Origin: Rhodothermales bacterium
Lineage (GTDB): Bacteria; Bacteroidota; Rhodothermia; Rhodothermales; VXPQ01
DNA: 64,000 bases
Assembly (NCBI GenBank): GCA_965117025.1
Contig: OZ220746.1
Coordinates: 1,159,225-1,223,224 of the forward strand
Direction: 5' to 3'
Below, one piece after another: positions 1 to 8,636 of this stretch; within the stretch, counting starts at the first letter, position 1; each line of letters starts with the position of its first letter. The notes under the pieces were generated by a model. That model had not been told where the DNA came from and did not search any database. It saw only the letters and a list, made by a program, of their open reading frames with translations. Made by a program: the position numbers and the translations under genes.

Positions 1-2
1 GC

Positions 3-76
3 GGGTCCTTAGCTCAGTTGGTTAGAGCGCTACGTTGACATCGTAGAGGTCGATGGTTCGAATCCGTCAGGACCCA
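3..76 (+). tRNA. tRNA-Val (anticodon GAC)
   Basis: The cloverleaf is readable by eye. Acceptor stem GGGTCCT/AGGACCC. D-arm GCTC-AGTTGGTTA-GAGC. Anticodon stem CTACG/CGTAG with loop TTGACAT (anticodon GAC). T-arm GATGG-TTCGAAT-CCGTC. Discriminator A. No encoded CCA. Confidence 0.9.
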
Positions 77-104
77 CAGCCAAGCCTGTCGCCATACGGC
101 GAAT

Positions 105-2084
105 TTGCCCCGAATCATGCCAGCCGACCACATCGCCATTACGCTCCCCGACGGTTCCGTCCATAATCACGAAACCGGAATCACGGGGTACGAACTCGCC
201 AGCAGCATCTCGGCAGGCCTTGCCAGACAGGCATTGGCTGTACGAGTCAATGGGGAGGTATGGGATCTGACCCGGCCCATTGATCGGAACGCACGTATCG
301 AGATTCTGACCTGGAACGACCCGGACGGTCAGTTGACCTTCCGGCATTCCACAGCGCATCTCATGGCTGAGGCGCTCGAAAGCTTGTTCCCCGGTGTGAA
401 GTTCGGCATCGGGCCACCTATCGAACAGGGATTCTATTACGATGTAGATACCGGCGATCAAAAAATCGGCACGGACGATCTGGAACGCGTTGAGAAGCGG
501 ATGCGGGAATTGGCTGCACGCGACGTGGCATACGAACGAAAGGACATCCCGAAAGACGAGGCGATCCGGTATTTCCGGGACAAGGGTGACGAATACAAGC
601 TGGAACTGCTCGAAGACCTCGAGGACGGTACGATCACATTCTACCGGCAGGGTGACTTCGTCGATCTGTGCCGCGGCCCCCATATCCCTTCGACGGGCCG
701 CATCAAGTATGTCAAGCTTCTCAACATCGCCGGGGCCTACTGGCGCGGGGACGAACAGCGGCCCCAGCTGACGCGCATCTATGGCGTCAGCTTCCCGAAA
801 AAGAGTATGCTCGACGAGCATCTCGAACGGCTTGCGCTTGCAGCGCAGCGCGACCACCGCAAGCTGGGCAGGGAACTGGGGCTTTTCACCTTCGACCGGC
901 AGGTAGGCGCCGGGTTGCCGATGTGGCTGCCCCGAGGAGCGGTGCTGCGGGAAACGCTCATGGATTTTCTGAAAAAAGAGCAGCTCTCGCGGGGATATGA
1001 ACCTGTGGTTACTCCACACATCGGACGCCTCGAACTGTACAAAACGAGCGGGCATTATCCCTATTACCGGGAAAGCCAATTCCCGCCGATGCTGGACGAA
1101 AACGAAGCCGAAGAAGGGTTTCTGCTGAAACCCATGAACTGTCCGCATCACATCCGTATCTACGCAAACCGGTTGCACTCCTACCGGGACCTGCCGGTAC
1201 GTTATGCAGAATTCGGCACTGTCTACCGTTACGAACAATCCGGTGAACTGGGCGGATTGACCCGTGTGCGCGGGTTCACGCAGGACGATGCCCACATCTT
1301 CTGCACCGATGAACAGGTGAAGGACGAATTCAAAAACGTGATCGACCTGACGCTGACTGTATTGGGAGCGCTGGATTTTACCGATTTTCAGGCGCAGATT
1401 TCCCTGCACGACCCGGCGGACCGCGAAAAGTACCAGGGCGACGAGACACGTTGGGAAGAAGCCGAACGGGCTATACGCGAGGCGGTTCAGGAAATGGGGA
1501 TGGATGCGGTAGAGAAAGCAGGAGAGGCCGCCTTCTACGGCCCCAAGCTCGACTTCATGGTCAAGGATGCGCTGGGACGCGAATGGCAATTGGGCACAGT
1601 GCAACTGGACTACAACCTGCCGGAACGGTTCGAGCTTTCCTATGTCGGGGCAGACGACAAGAAACACCGGCCGGCGATGATCCACCGGGCGCCGTTCGGT
1701 TCGCTGGAGCGATTCATCGGGGTGCTGATAGAACACTGCGGCGGCAACTTCCCGCTGTGGCTGGCTCCCGTGCAGGCAATGGTCATTCCGATCTCCGAAA
1801 ATCAACGCGAATACGCCGAGGAAGTAGCTGCACGGCTGCGTGAACACGGCATCCGCGTGGAGACGGATCACCGCAATGAGAAAGCGGGATACAAGATCCG
1901 CAGCGCCGAGGTGAACAAAACACCCGTCATGCTCATCACCGGCGCACGCGAACAGGAAAAGGGCACGGTCTCGGTACGACGGCATGGCCAGGGAGAACAG
2001 GATACCATATCCGTCGAGGATTGCGTAACGCGGATGGCAAACGAGATCGCCGAGGGAAAGAAGCGTTCAGAAACCTCTGATTAA
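105..2084 (+). CDS. thrS: threonyl-tRNA synthetase
   Basis: 659-aa ORF. N-terminal TGS-like ITLPDGSV, an editing-domain motif FRHSTAHLMAEA, and class II core motifs (MNCPHH, GFTQDDAHIF, RAPFGSLERFIGVLIEH). It sits in the conserved thrS-infC-rpmI-rplT-pheST order. The start may instead be the second Met at 117. Confidence 0.95.
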   Translation: MPRIMPADHIAITLPDGSVHNHETGITGYELASSISAGLARQALAVRVNGEVWDLTRPIDRNARIEILTWNDPDGQLTFRHSTAHLMAEALESLFPGVKFGIGPPIEQGFYYDVDTGDQKIGTDDLERVEKRMRELAARDVAYERKDIPKDEAIRYFRDKGDEYKLELLEDLEDGTITFYRQGDFVDLCRGPHIPSTGRIKYVKLLNIAGAYWRGDEQRPQLTRIYGVSFPKKSMLDEHLERLALAAQRDHRKLGRELGLFTFDRQVGAGLPMWLPRGAVLRETLMDFLKKEQLSRGYEPVVTPHIGRLELYKTSGHYPYYRESQFPPMLDENEAEEGFLLKPMNCPHHIRIYANRLHSYRDLPVRYAEFGTVYRYEQSGELGGLTRVRGFTQDDAHIFCTDEQVKDEFKNVIDLTLTVLGALDFTDFQAQISLHDPADREKYQGDETRWEEAERAIREAVQEMGMDAVEKAGEAAFYGPKLDFMVKDALGREWQLGTVQLDYNLPERFELSYVGADDKKHRPAMIHRAPFGSLERFIGVLIEHCGGNFPLWLAPVQAMVIPISENQREYAEEVAARLREHGIRVETDHRNEKAGYKIRSAEVNKTPVMLITGAREQEKGTVSVRRHGQGEQDTISVEDCVTRMANEIAEGKKRSETSD

Positions 2085-2474
2085 AGACGCATGGACGAGG
2101 ACCTTGGGACGCGTCTTCTCTCAAAACATAAACGTGCGGTTGGCCGCGAGCTTGCAGGATATCCCGGGCCCTATGTTTTGTTCGAATGCGCATCCCAAGG
2201 TCCCTGTTCTCGGTTGCGATTTTGCGGTTCGGCGTTGGATGGTCTTGTTGCGCGCCGCGGATCGTTCCGGCGAAACCCAGTGGATTTCCCCGATTTCGCC
2301 AGCGTTTATAGCAGCGCTTTTCCTGGTTCCTCTGCACAACCTTGTTACATTTCGTGTGAAACCAAATCATCCCGGCTCGCGTGAAACAGATTTTGGGGGA
2401 CATGTATACATGCCCCTGCCTTCCCCAGGCGGTACGCCTGAGCCACCAGAATAACTCCCGGACCAAACCCCTTT

Positions 2475-3011
2475 ATTCACCAACCAAAAAGACACAGAAC
2501 CATCGCTCGTAAAGTACGCATCAACGAAGATATCCGGGCCAATATGGTTCGAGTCGTAGATCCCGGCGGAGAACACCATGTAGTCTATATCGACGAGGCC
2601 TTGCAGCGGGCTCGCGCACATAGAATGGACCTGGTCGAGATTGCACCATCGGCCGACCCCCCGGTTTGCAAGATTGTCGACTACGGAAAATTCCGTTATG
2701 AACAACAGAAAAAAGGGAAGGAGCAGCGCAAAAAATCGCAAACCATCCAGCTGAAAGAAGTCCGTTTCCGCCCCCACACCGACACGCACGACTTTGAATT
2801 CAAAACGCGCCATGCGCGCAGCTTTCTGCAAAGCGGGAACAAGGTCAAGGCATGGGTACAGTTTCGCGGCCGGGACATCATCTACAAGGAGCAGGGCATG
2901 GCTCTGCTGCAACGATTCACTGAGGATTTGCAGGATGTGGCGCGGATCGATCAGCCGCCCCGCATGGAAGGACGCCGCATGACCACGATTCTGACCCCGG
3001 ACAAAAAGTAG
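2475..3011 (+). CDS. infC: translation initiation factor IF-3 (non-canonical ATT start inferred)
   Basis: The ORF-track ATG at 2544 begins at MVRVVDPGGEH. The in-frame upstream codons encode RKVRINEDIRAN, the conserved IF-3 N-terminal motif. The frame is open only from 2442. The only initiator-like codons there are ATT (2475), ATA (2451) and ATC. An AUU start is the classical infC autoregulatory feature. Confidence 0.85.
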   Translation: MHQPKRHRTIARKVRINEDIRANMVRVVDPGGEHHVVYIDEALQRARAHRMDLVEIAPSADPPVCKIVDYGKFRYEQQKKGKEQRKKSQTIQLKEVRFRPHTDTHDFEFKTRHARSFLQSGNKVKAWVQFRGRDIIYKEQGMALLQRFTEDLQDVARIDQPPRMEGRRMTTILTPDKK

Positions 3012-3055
3012 GATACGCTGATAGCGGGGGCCCCGGCGCACAAGAAAACGGGAAC

Positions 3056-3084
3056 TTGACAGCTATCGGCAACGTATTTATAGT
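3056..3084 (+). promoter_or_regulatory. sigma70-like promoter candidate (TTGACA-17 nt-TATAGT) in the infC-rpmI spacer
   Basis: TTGACA at 3056-3061, an exact 17-nt spacer, then TATAGT at 3079-3084. A similar TTGAAT-17-TATATT sits upstream of rpsL, which suggests this promoter type is used in this genome. Confidence 0.45.
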
Positions 3085-3147
3085 TTGGGTCTTTTGCACA
3101 AAAACAAGCCTGCCATACTCCGTAGTAGCACAGGCATGCACATTGCG

Positions 3148-3224
3148 AAAAACGACCAAAAATAGCCTGAAAAAGCTCGAAAATAGCCCAAAAAGGCTAA
3201 AAAAGACCCGAAATAGCCCAAAAA
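3148..3224. repeat. phased A-tract block with three copies of AAATAGCC(C)
   Basis: Eight A3-A6 tracts start at 3148, 3158, 3170, 3180, 3190, 3199, 3211 and 3220, with a mean spacing of about 10.3 bp. The exact 14-mer AAATAGCCCAAAAA occurs at 3181-3194 and 3211-3224. A related AAAAATAGCC is at about 3158-3167. Confidence 0.7.
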
Positions 3225-3269
3225 CACGCACCTTTGTGACACCCCGAACGCGCCCGGCGTCAGATGCTT

Positions 3270-3464
3270 ATGCCCAAGATGAAATCAAATAGTGGAGCCC
3301 GGAAACGTTTCAAGGTGACCGCAACCGGGAAGCTGGCCCGGAAAAAGGCATACAAAAGCCATATCCTGACCAAGAAATCGGCGAAACGCAAGCGTGGCCT
3401 GCGTGAAAGTACGCTCGTCGACAAAACCGACACGCCGCGAATGCAACGGCTCATTCAATCCTGA
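3270..3464 (+). CDS. rpmI: 50S ribosomal protein L35
   Basis: [33 protein letters not shown] matches the L35 N-terminal pattern (MPKxKTxxGAAKRFK). The ORF-track start at 3264 adds two residues (ML). Confidence 0.93.
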   Translation: MPKMKSNSGARKRFKVTATGKLARKKAYKSHILTKKSAKRKRGLRESTLVDKTDTPRMQRLIQS

Positions 3465-3480
3465 TTGTCCCTTTATTCTT

Positions 3481-3831
3481 ATGCCACGTACCGCTCACAG
3501 CGTAGCGTCGAGAAGGCGCCGCAAAAAAGTACTCCGGATGGCCAAGGGCTATCGCGGCGCGCGCTCGAAAATTTATACCGTTGCAAAGCATTCCGTCGAG
3601 AAAGCCCTGACATATGCCTATCGGGATCGCCGGCAGCGCAAGCGGGTGTTTCGGCGCCTCTGGATTACGCGCATCAATGCAGCGGCACGTCTGAACGATA
3701 CCACCTACTCTCGTCTCATGGGAGGGCTGCGGAAGGCCGGCATTGGCCTGAACAGAAAGGTGCTCGCGGATATGGCTGTCCACGATCCGGAAACGTTCCA
3801 GCGTATTACACAACATATCACCGGTAAATAA
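3481..3831 (+). CDS. rplT: 50S ribosomal protein L20
   Basis: The internal Met (residue 30 of ORF 3394..3831) gives [30 protein letters not shown]..., a typical L20 sequence. It follows rpmI directly. Confidence 0.93.
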   Translation: MPRTAHSVASRRRRKKVLRMAKGYRGARSKIYTVAKHSVEKALTYAYRDRRQRKRVFRRLWITRINAAARLNDTTYSRLMGGLRKAGIGLNRKVLADMAVHDPETFQRITQHITGK

Positions 3832-3845
3832 GCGGGCCTGGCAAG

Positions 3846-4838
3846 ATGCCCGACGACATCCTGAAAGATATCGAGTCGGAAATCATTGACTCGAAGGAAA
3901 CTGCCGAGGCGTTCCGGGTCAAATACCTGGGGAGAAAAAGCGGAAAAATCACCGGGATGCTCAAGCGAATTCCGGAAGCTCCTCCGCAGGAACGAAGAGA
4001 ACTCGGCAGGCGCATCAACGAACTCAAAAAAAGGGCGGAAGAGCGCCTGGCGTCTTTCGAGGCCGATCTGCATACGCCGGACGCTGCCGGGCCGCAAACA
4101 GGCATTGATCTCACGCTTCCAGGACGCCCCCCGGCGCCTCCGGGTTCTATTCATCCGCTGACGCACACGCTGAACGAAATCGCTCGCGTCTTCGAAGGGT
4201 TCGGGTTTTCGATCGCCACCGGACCCGAAATCGAAACGGAATGGCATAATTTCACGGCGCTGAATTTCCCGTCGGACCACCCCGCGCGGGACATGCAGGA
4301 CACCTTCTTTCTGGAGCCGGACCGTGTCCTGTTGCGCACGCACACATCGCCCGTGCAAATACGCACCCTGCTGACCGAACAGCCGCCTGTACGCGTCATC
4401 GTGCCCGGGCGGGTGTACCGCAACGAAGCCGTTTCCTACAAATCGTACTGCCTGTTCCATCAGGTGGAGGGGCTGTACGTGGACGAAGGAGTTACCTTTG
4501 CCGACCTGAAACAGGTGCTGCGCCTGTTTGTGCAAGCGCTGTTCGGCGCCGATGCCCGGATGCGCTTCCGTCCCAGTTTTTTCCCGTTCACCGAGCCCAG
4601 CGCCGAGGTGGATATCTGGTGGGCGGACGAAGCTTTGGCGGGCAATGGGCGCTGGCTTGAAATCCTTGGATGCGGCATGGTGGATCCCAATGTATTTGTT
4701 GCCGTCGATCTGGATCCGGAACGATGGACCGGGTATGCTTTCGGGATGGGGATCGAGCGTATTGCCATGCTGCGGTACGGAATCCGCGACATCCGTACGT
4801 TCTATGAAAACGATATACGGTTCCTGGAACAGTTTTGA
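3846..4838 (+). CDS. pheS: phenylalanyl-tRNA synthetase alpha subunit
   Basis: 330-aa ORF with an N-terminal coiled region and class II core motifs ([48 protein letters not shown]). Confidence 0.95.
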   Translation: MPDDILKDIESEIIDSKETAEAFRVKYLGRKSGKITGMLKRIPEAPPQERRELGRRINELKKRAEERLASFEADLHTPDAAGPQTGIDLTLPGRPPAPPGSIHPLTHTLNEIARVFEGFGFSIATGPEIETEWHNFTALNFPSDHPARDMQDTFFLEPDRVLLRTHTSPVQIRTLLTEQPPVRVIVPGRVYRNEAVSYKSYCLFHQVEGLYVDEGVTFADLKQVLRLFVQALFGADARMRFRPSFFPFTEPSAEVDIWWADEALAGNGRWLEILGCGMVDPNVFVAVDLDPERWTGYAFGMGIERIAMLRYGIRDIRTFYENDIRFLEQF

Positions 4839-5009
4839 GCAGGACGTGCGGTACACTTTTTCAGACGCTGCGAGGTCGGAAACGGCCCGGGAACAGGGAT
4901 CGCCGCCCCGTACGTTGACAGAACATGCGCATGCCATGGACAACCGCCGGACTACGATGAAAGCACAGTGCACCGGCACTTCCGTCCCGGCACGACAACA
5001 CGGTACATC

Positions 5010-7514
5010 ATGAACATCTCGTACAATTGGTTACGGGAATACGCGCCCGTCCAGGAGACCCCGGAGGAACTTGCAGATATCCTCACCATGGGCGGCCTGG
5101 AAGTAGAAAGCATTGACAAGAAAGGCTTGTCGATGGATGGGGTGGTCATAGGGCGCGTGGAGCGTGTACGTCCCCATCCGAATGCCAATCGCCTCTCCTG
5201 TTGCGAGGTCGATCTGGGCGGCCCGGAGCCCGCCCGCATCGTGTGCGGCGCACCGAATGTCGCCGAGGGCCAACTTGTCCCCGTAGCCACACCGGGCGCA
5301 ACACTCATGCTGCCCGATCGGGAAGACCCTGATATACACACGCCGGTCACCATCCGAAAGACAAAACTTCGGGGCGAGCCTTCGGAAGGCATGATCTGTG
5401 CGGAAGACGAACTGGGGCTCTCCGATAACCATGACGAAATCATGGTATTGACCGGTGCGCCCGGCGCCGAACCCCGCGTTGGGCAACCTTTTTCGGAATA
5501 CCTCGAGGCTCGTGGCATCGTATACCGAGACGCCGTGCTGGACATAAGCGTCACGCCCAATCGCCCGGATGCAACCAGTCACCTCGGAGTAGCCCGCGAT
5601 GCAGCGGCACTCACAAACATCCCGCTTCGCCTCCCGGAGGCGCCCGCACCGAAACCCGGCGGCGAAGCGGCCGACCTCGTTACTATCGACATACAAGCGC
5701 CCAGGGCGTGTCCGCGGTACGTGGCGATGATCGTGCGGGACGTAACCGTCCGCGAATCTCCCGCCTGGCTTCAGGCAAAGCTGAAAGCCATCGGATTGCG
5801 GCCCCGCAACCACATCGTAGACGTCACGAACTACCTTCTCCATGATGTGGGTCAACCGCTGCACGCTTTTGATTTCGACACCATTGCAGGGCAGCATATT
5901 CGCGTACATCTCACCCGGGAGGTCACGCCCTTTATCACCCTCGACGACAAGGAGCACTCCATCCCTCCCGGCGCCATCATGATTGCAGACGCCGAACGCG
6001 ACGTAGCCATCGGCGGTGTGATGGGCGGGCAAAATTCGGAGGTCCGCGAAACCACAAGGAACGTACTCATTGAATCCGCCTTCTTCGACCCGTCGCATAT
6101 CCGCAGGGTCGCGAAGGCGCTCGGCATCCAGAGCGATGCCTCCTATCGCTTCGAGCGCGGCGTGGACCCTACCGGGCAGGTGCGCGCTGCTGCACGGGCT
6201 GCCGCCCTTATAGCAGAACTGGGCGGTGGAACCGTCGTCCCCGGCATCGTGGACGCACATCCCACGCCTTCTTCGCCAAGGCATATTACCGTACGCGCAG
6301 AGCGGATAGACAGCCTGCTTGGCGTGCACATTCCCCTTGAAACCACCGAACGCCTGTTGCAAGGCATCGGATTCGACATGGAACGACAAGGCAACGCGGA
6401 GACACCCCGGCTTCGCTGTACCGTTCCTCCTTTCCGGCCCGACATCGAGCGCGAGGTAGATGTAGTCGAGGAGATTGTACGCCTCTACGGGTATAACAAC
6501 ATACCTGAGCCGGTTCAGGCAGCCTCCCTGTCCAGTGGTACGTTGCACGAAAGCCCGGAAACACGCCTGCGGCGGGCAGCCCGCACTCTGCTTGCCTGCA
6601 CCGGACACCGGGAAATTTACACGAACAGCATGCTGCGGTCGGAAACGGCCGAACAGTTTGCGGAACTCGTGGGAAACGCACCCGATAGTGTCGTCAGAAC
6701 ACTAAACCCGATTTCCAGCGAAATGGCGGCCCTGCGTCCCAGTCTGTTGCCCGGCGCGCTGCAGGTCATTGCTTTTAATCGCAATCACGGACAGCACGCA
6801 CTGCGGTTTTTTGAATTCGGCCATGTGTTCCGGCGTACGGATGATCAGGATCGGAACGAAACCGTCGTGGAAAACTATGCGGAGTATGAATCCATCCTGC
6901 TGACGTTGTCGGGCCAGGCAACGGACACCGGCTGGAATACGTCCGCTCGGGCTTTCGATCTGTTCGATGCGAAGGGGACTGTGGAAATGCTGCTCCGGCA
7001 TGTACGGGCGCCCGATGTTCGCATGGCGCCCGTACATACTCCCGCGCCCGGTACATCCTGCGGGCTTGACATCTTTTCAGGGGATGTCCGCATTGGTAGC
7101 ATCCTCGAGATGACTCCGGACTTTTCCGGCGGGAACACCCCCGAAGAAATCGTCTATACGGCGGAATTGAATTGGACCGAAGTGGTGCGGCTGGCGGCGC
7201 CATACCTTGACAGCACGTATCAACCTGTAGAACGCCATCCCGCAGTGGACCGCGACATTGCTTTGGTCGTTGGTCTTGAAGAACCGGCGGGAGCTATATT
7301 AGAAACGATTCAACGCATCGGGGGACGCCTGCTGCAACAAGTGCGTCTCTTTGACCTCTACGAAGGCAAACATGTAGATCCGGGCAAAAAAAGTGTGGCA
7401 TTCGCCCTGCGCTTTGGCGCCAACCGCACACTCACAGATCGGGAAGTGAACAAAAAGATGGCTCGTATCGTCCACGCGCTGGAAAAAGAACACGGCGCTT
7501 CTTTGCGAGGTTAG
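5010..7514 (+). CDS. pheT: phenylalanyl-tRNA synthetase beta subunit
   Basis: MNISYNWLREY is the canonical PheT N-terminus (residue 15 of ORF 4968..7514). tRNA-binding, B3/4, B5 and C-terminal FDX-ACB-like regions are recognisable. It follows pheS. Confidence 0.93.
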   Translation: MNISYNWLREYAPVQETPEELADILTMGGLEVESIDKKGLSMDGVVIGRVERVRPHPNANRLSCCEVDLGGPEPARIVCGAPNVAEGQLVPVATPGATLMLPDREDPDIHTPVTIRKTKLRGEPSEGMICAEDELGLSDNHDEIMVLTGAPGAEPRVGQPFSEYLEARGIVYRDAVLDISVTPNRPDATSHLGVARDAAALTNIPLRLPEAPAPKPGGEAADLVTIDIQAPRACPRYVAMIVRDVTVRESPAWLQAKLKAIGLRPRNHIVDVTNYLLHDVGQPLHAFDFDTIAGQHIRVHLTREVTPFITLDDKEHSIPPGAIMIADAERDVAIGGVMGGQNSEVRETTRNVLIESAFFDPSHIRRVAKALGIQSDASYRFERGVDPTGQVRAAARAAALIAELGGGTVVPGIVDAHPTPSSPRHITVRAERIDSLLGVHIPLETTERLLQGIGFDMERQGNAETPRLRCTVPPFRPDIEREVDVVEEIVRLYGYNNIPEPVQAASLSSGTLHESPETRLRRAARTLLACTGHREIYTNSMLRSETAEQFAELVGNAPDSVVRTLNPISSEMAALRPSLLPGALQVIAFNRNHGQHALRFFEFGHVFRRTDDQDRNETVVENYAEYESILLTLSGQATDTGWNTSARAFDLFDAKGTVEMLLRHVRAPDVRMAPVHTPAPGTSCGLDIFSGDVRIGSILEMTPDFSGGNTPEEIVYTAELNWTEVVRLAAPYLDSTYQPVERHPAVDRDIALVVGLEEPAGAILETIQRIGGRLLQQVRLFDLYEGKHVDPGKKSVAFALRFGANRTLTDREVNKKMARIVHALEKEHGASLRG

Positions 7515-7778
7515 GGCCTGTTAACACTATGCAGCGGCGCTCTGCGGGGCCTATTTTTCTGCCAGGCCAGGCGCCGCGAGCGCAGTGTGGCCCGGCCACA
7601 TAAGCGAGCGGCAACGCCGCATGGCGGGAAAACAGGCCCCGCCCTTCGGGTTCCGCCGGTCACGGCGTCACTCTTCGTTGCTCGTCGCTCATTTGGAACC
7701 ACCAAACTTTACTCCTCGCGCCTTGATTGACGCCGTGCCTGACGGAACAGAGCATCGTTGCATAGTTTTAACAGGCCC
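7514..7778. mobile_element. MITE-like element: 23-bp terminal inverted repeats flanked by a TTA direct duplication (alternative: structured ncRNA)
   Basis: The left arm GGGCCTGTTAACACTATGCAGCG (7514-7536) pairs with the right arm CGTTGCATAGTTTTAACAGGCCC (7756-7778). That is 23 positions with 2 non-Watson-Crick pairs. TTA occurs immediately outside both arms (7511-7513 and 7779-7781). The interior is GC-rich with nested inverted repeats, for example CACGGCGTCA 7661-7670 with TGACGCCGTG 7729-7738. Confidence 0.5.
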
Positions 7779-7838
7779 TTAGTGAACCTCTTTGCACGTG
7801 TTGCGCATATATAAAAAGTATTCTCTTGACGCCCTGAC

Positions 7839-8201
7839 ATGTCGATGACCGAGAAGACGAGCGATTCCATGCCAGAACCCGATACCGATGCGCCGAATAC
7901 GTATCCCGGAATCGAAGAGGGTATGGGTGAACGTGCCGGAAAAGAGAAGTCGCCGCCGGAACCGGCCTCGCTGGATGCCTTGCGCCGCCGTGTCGAGGAA
8001 GCCGTCAGGCTCATTGAAGCGTTGCGCGCAACCAATGCCGCGCTCCTGAAAAAAGTGAACGAACTGGAACAACGCCCCGCCATCCACCGGGACCATGCAT
8101 TCTTCTCGCTACCCCGCAACCCGGACTCGCTAAAGGACGACTTGCGTTCCTTCATTGAAACCCTCGACGAATATATGGAACGGGAGCGTGACGATGCATA
8201 A
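7839..8201 (+). CDS. hypothetical coiled-coil protein upstream of zapA (ZapB-like by position only)
   Basis: 120-aa ORF. It has an acidic/proline-rich N-terminus followed by a heptad-like segment (LDALRRRVEEAVRLIEALRATNAALLKKVNELEQ). The start is uncertain and I recognise no family signature. Confidence 0.5.
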   Translation: MSMTEKTSDSMPEPDTDAPNTYPGIEEGMGERAGKEKSPPEPASLDALRRRVEEAVRLIEALRATNAALLKKVNELEQRPAIHRDHAFFSLPRNPDSLKDDLRSFIETLDEYMERERDDA

Positions 8202-8240
8202 CGTACCCGCTACCCGATTCCGCATAAACCGGTAACTATC

Positions 8241-8552
8241 GTGTCCCAGTCCATTCGTGTCCGCATTCTTAACCGAGACTATTCCCTGCAGGTAGACAAG
8301 CAGAACGAGCAACGCGTACGCAGCATTGCGCGATACGTCGATACGAAGGTCAGACAATTCCAGCGGGATCATCCCGATCAGCCCGACATAACGGGCCCGG
8401 TCATCGTGGCGCTGGGCATTGCCGAGGAACTCTTTGCAGAACGCGAGAAGCGGACCACCACCGAAACCGACCTGCATACGGATATCGGGCAACTCATTGC
8501 CTCTCTGGACGCCGCGCTGGCTCCCGGTGAATCGGCCCCCGCCGGGAAATAA
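8241..8552 (+). CDS. zapA: cell division protein ZapA
   Basis: 103 aa. The N-terminal pattern IRVRILNRDYSLQVDKQNEQRVRSIARYVDTKVRQF and the later IVALGIAEELF match the ZapA layout (VxIxGRxYxLxC...E..L..AA..LD). Confidence 0.75.
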   Translation: MSQSIRVRILNRDYSLQVDKQNEQRVRSIARYVDTKVRQFQRDHPDQPDITGPVIVALGIAEELFAEREKRTTTETDLHTDIGQLIASLDAALAPGESAPAGK

Positions 8553-8636
8553 GGGGGTGAAAATTACATCTCCGTCTCAGGGATACCAGCGCAAAAAGAA
8601 CCGGCGAAGCTTCCTGATGCTATTGTGGCTTATGGA

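Noticed and set aside
30-1985. A 651-aa ORF antisense to the whole of thrS.
   Set aside because: It is fully overlapped by a strongly supported thrS gene. Its translation is low-complexity and Arg/Pro/Gly-rich with no recognisable motif. Long stop-free antisense frames are an expected by-product of GC-rich codon usage.
2091-2466. Small ORFs in the thrS-infC spacer: 2091..2384(+), 2104..2454(+), 2121..2339(-), 1936..2466(-).
   Set aside because: They overlap one another in several frames, have no motifs, and show atypical composition. I treat the region as non-coding.
3148-3224. The repeat block in the infC-rpmI spacer as a possible CRISPR-like or mini-satellite array.
   Set aside because: The units are only ~10-30 nt, are A-tract dominated, and have no spacer-like unique segments or cas genes. 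The block is better described as phased A-tracts with short direct repeats.
7514-7778. Possible 6S RNA (ssrS), because zapA is adjacent and there is a long closing stem.
   Set aside because: At 265 nt it is much longer than typical 6S RNA (about 180-200 nt). It lies upstream rather than downstream of zapA. I could not see a single large central bubble. The exact TTA direct repeats outside the arms fit a transposition footprint better. It is kept as an alternative under the MITE finding.
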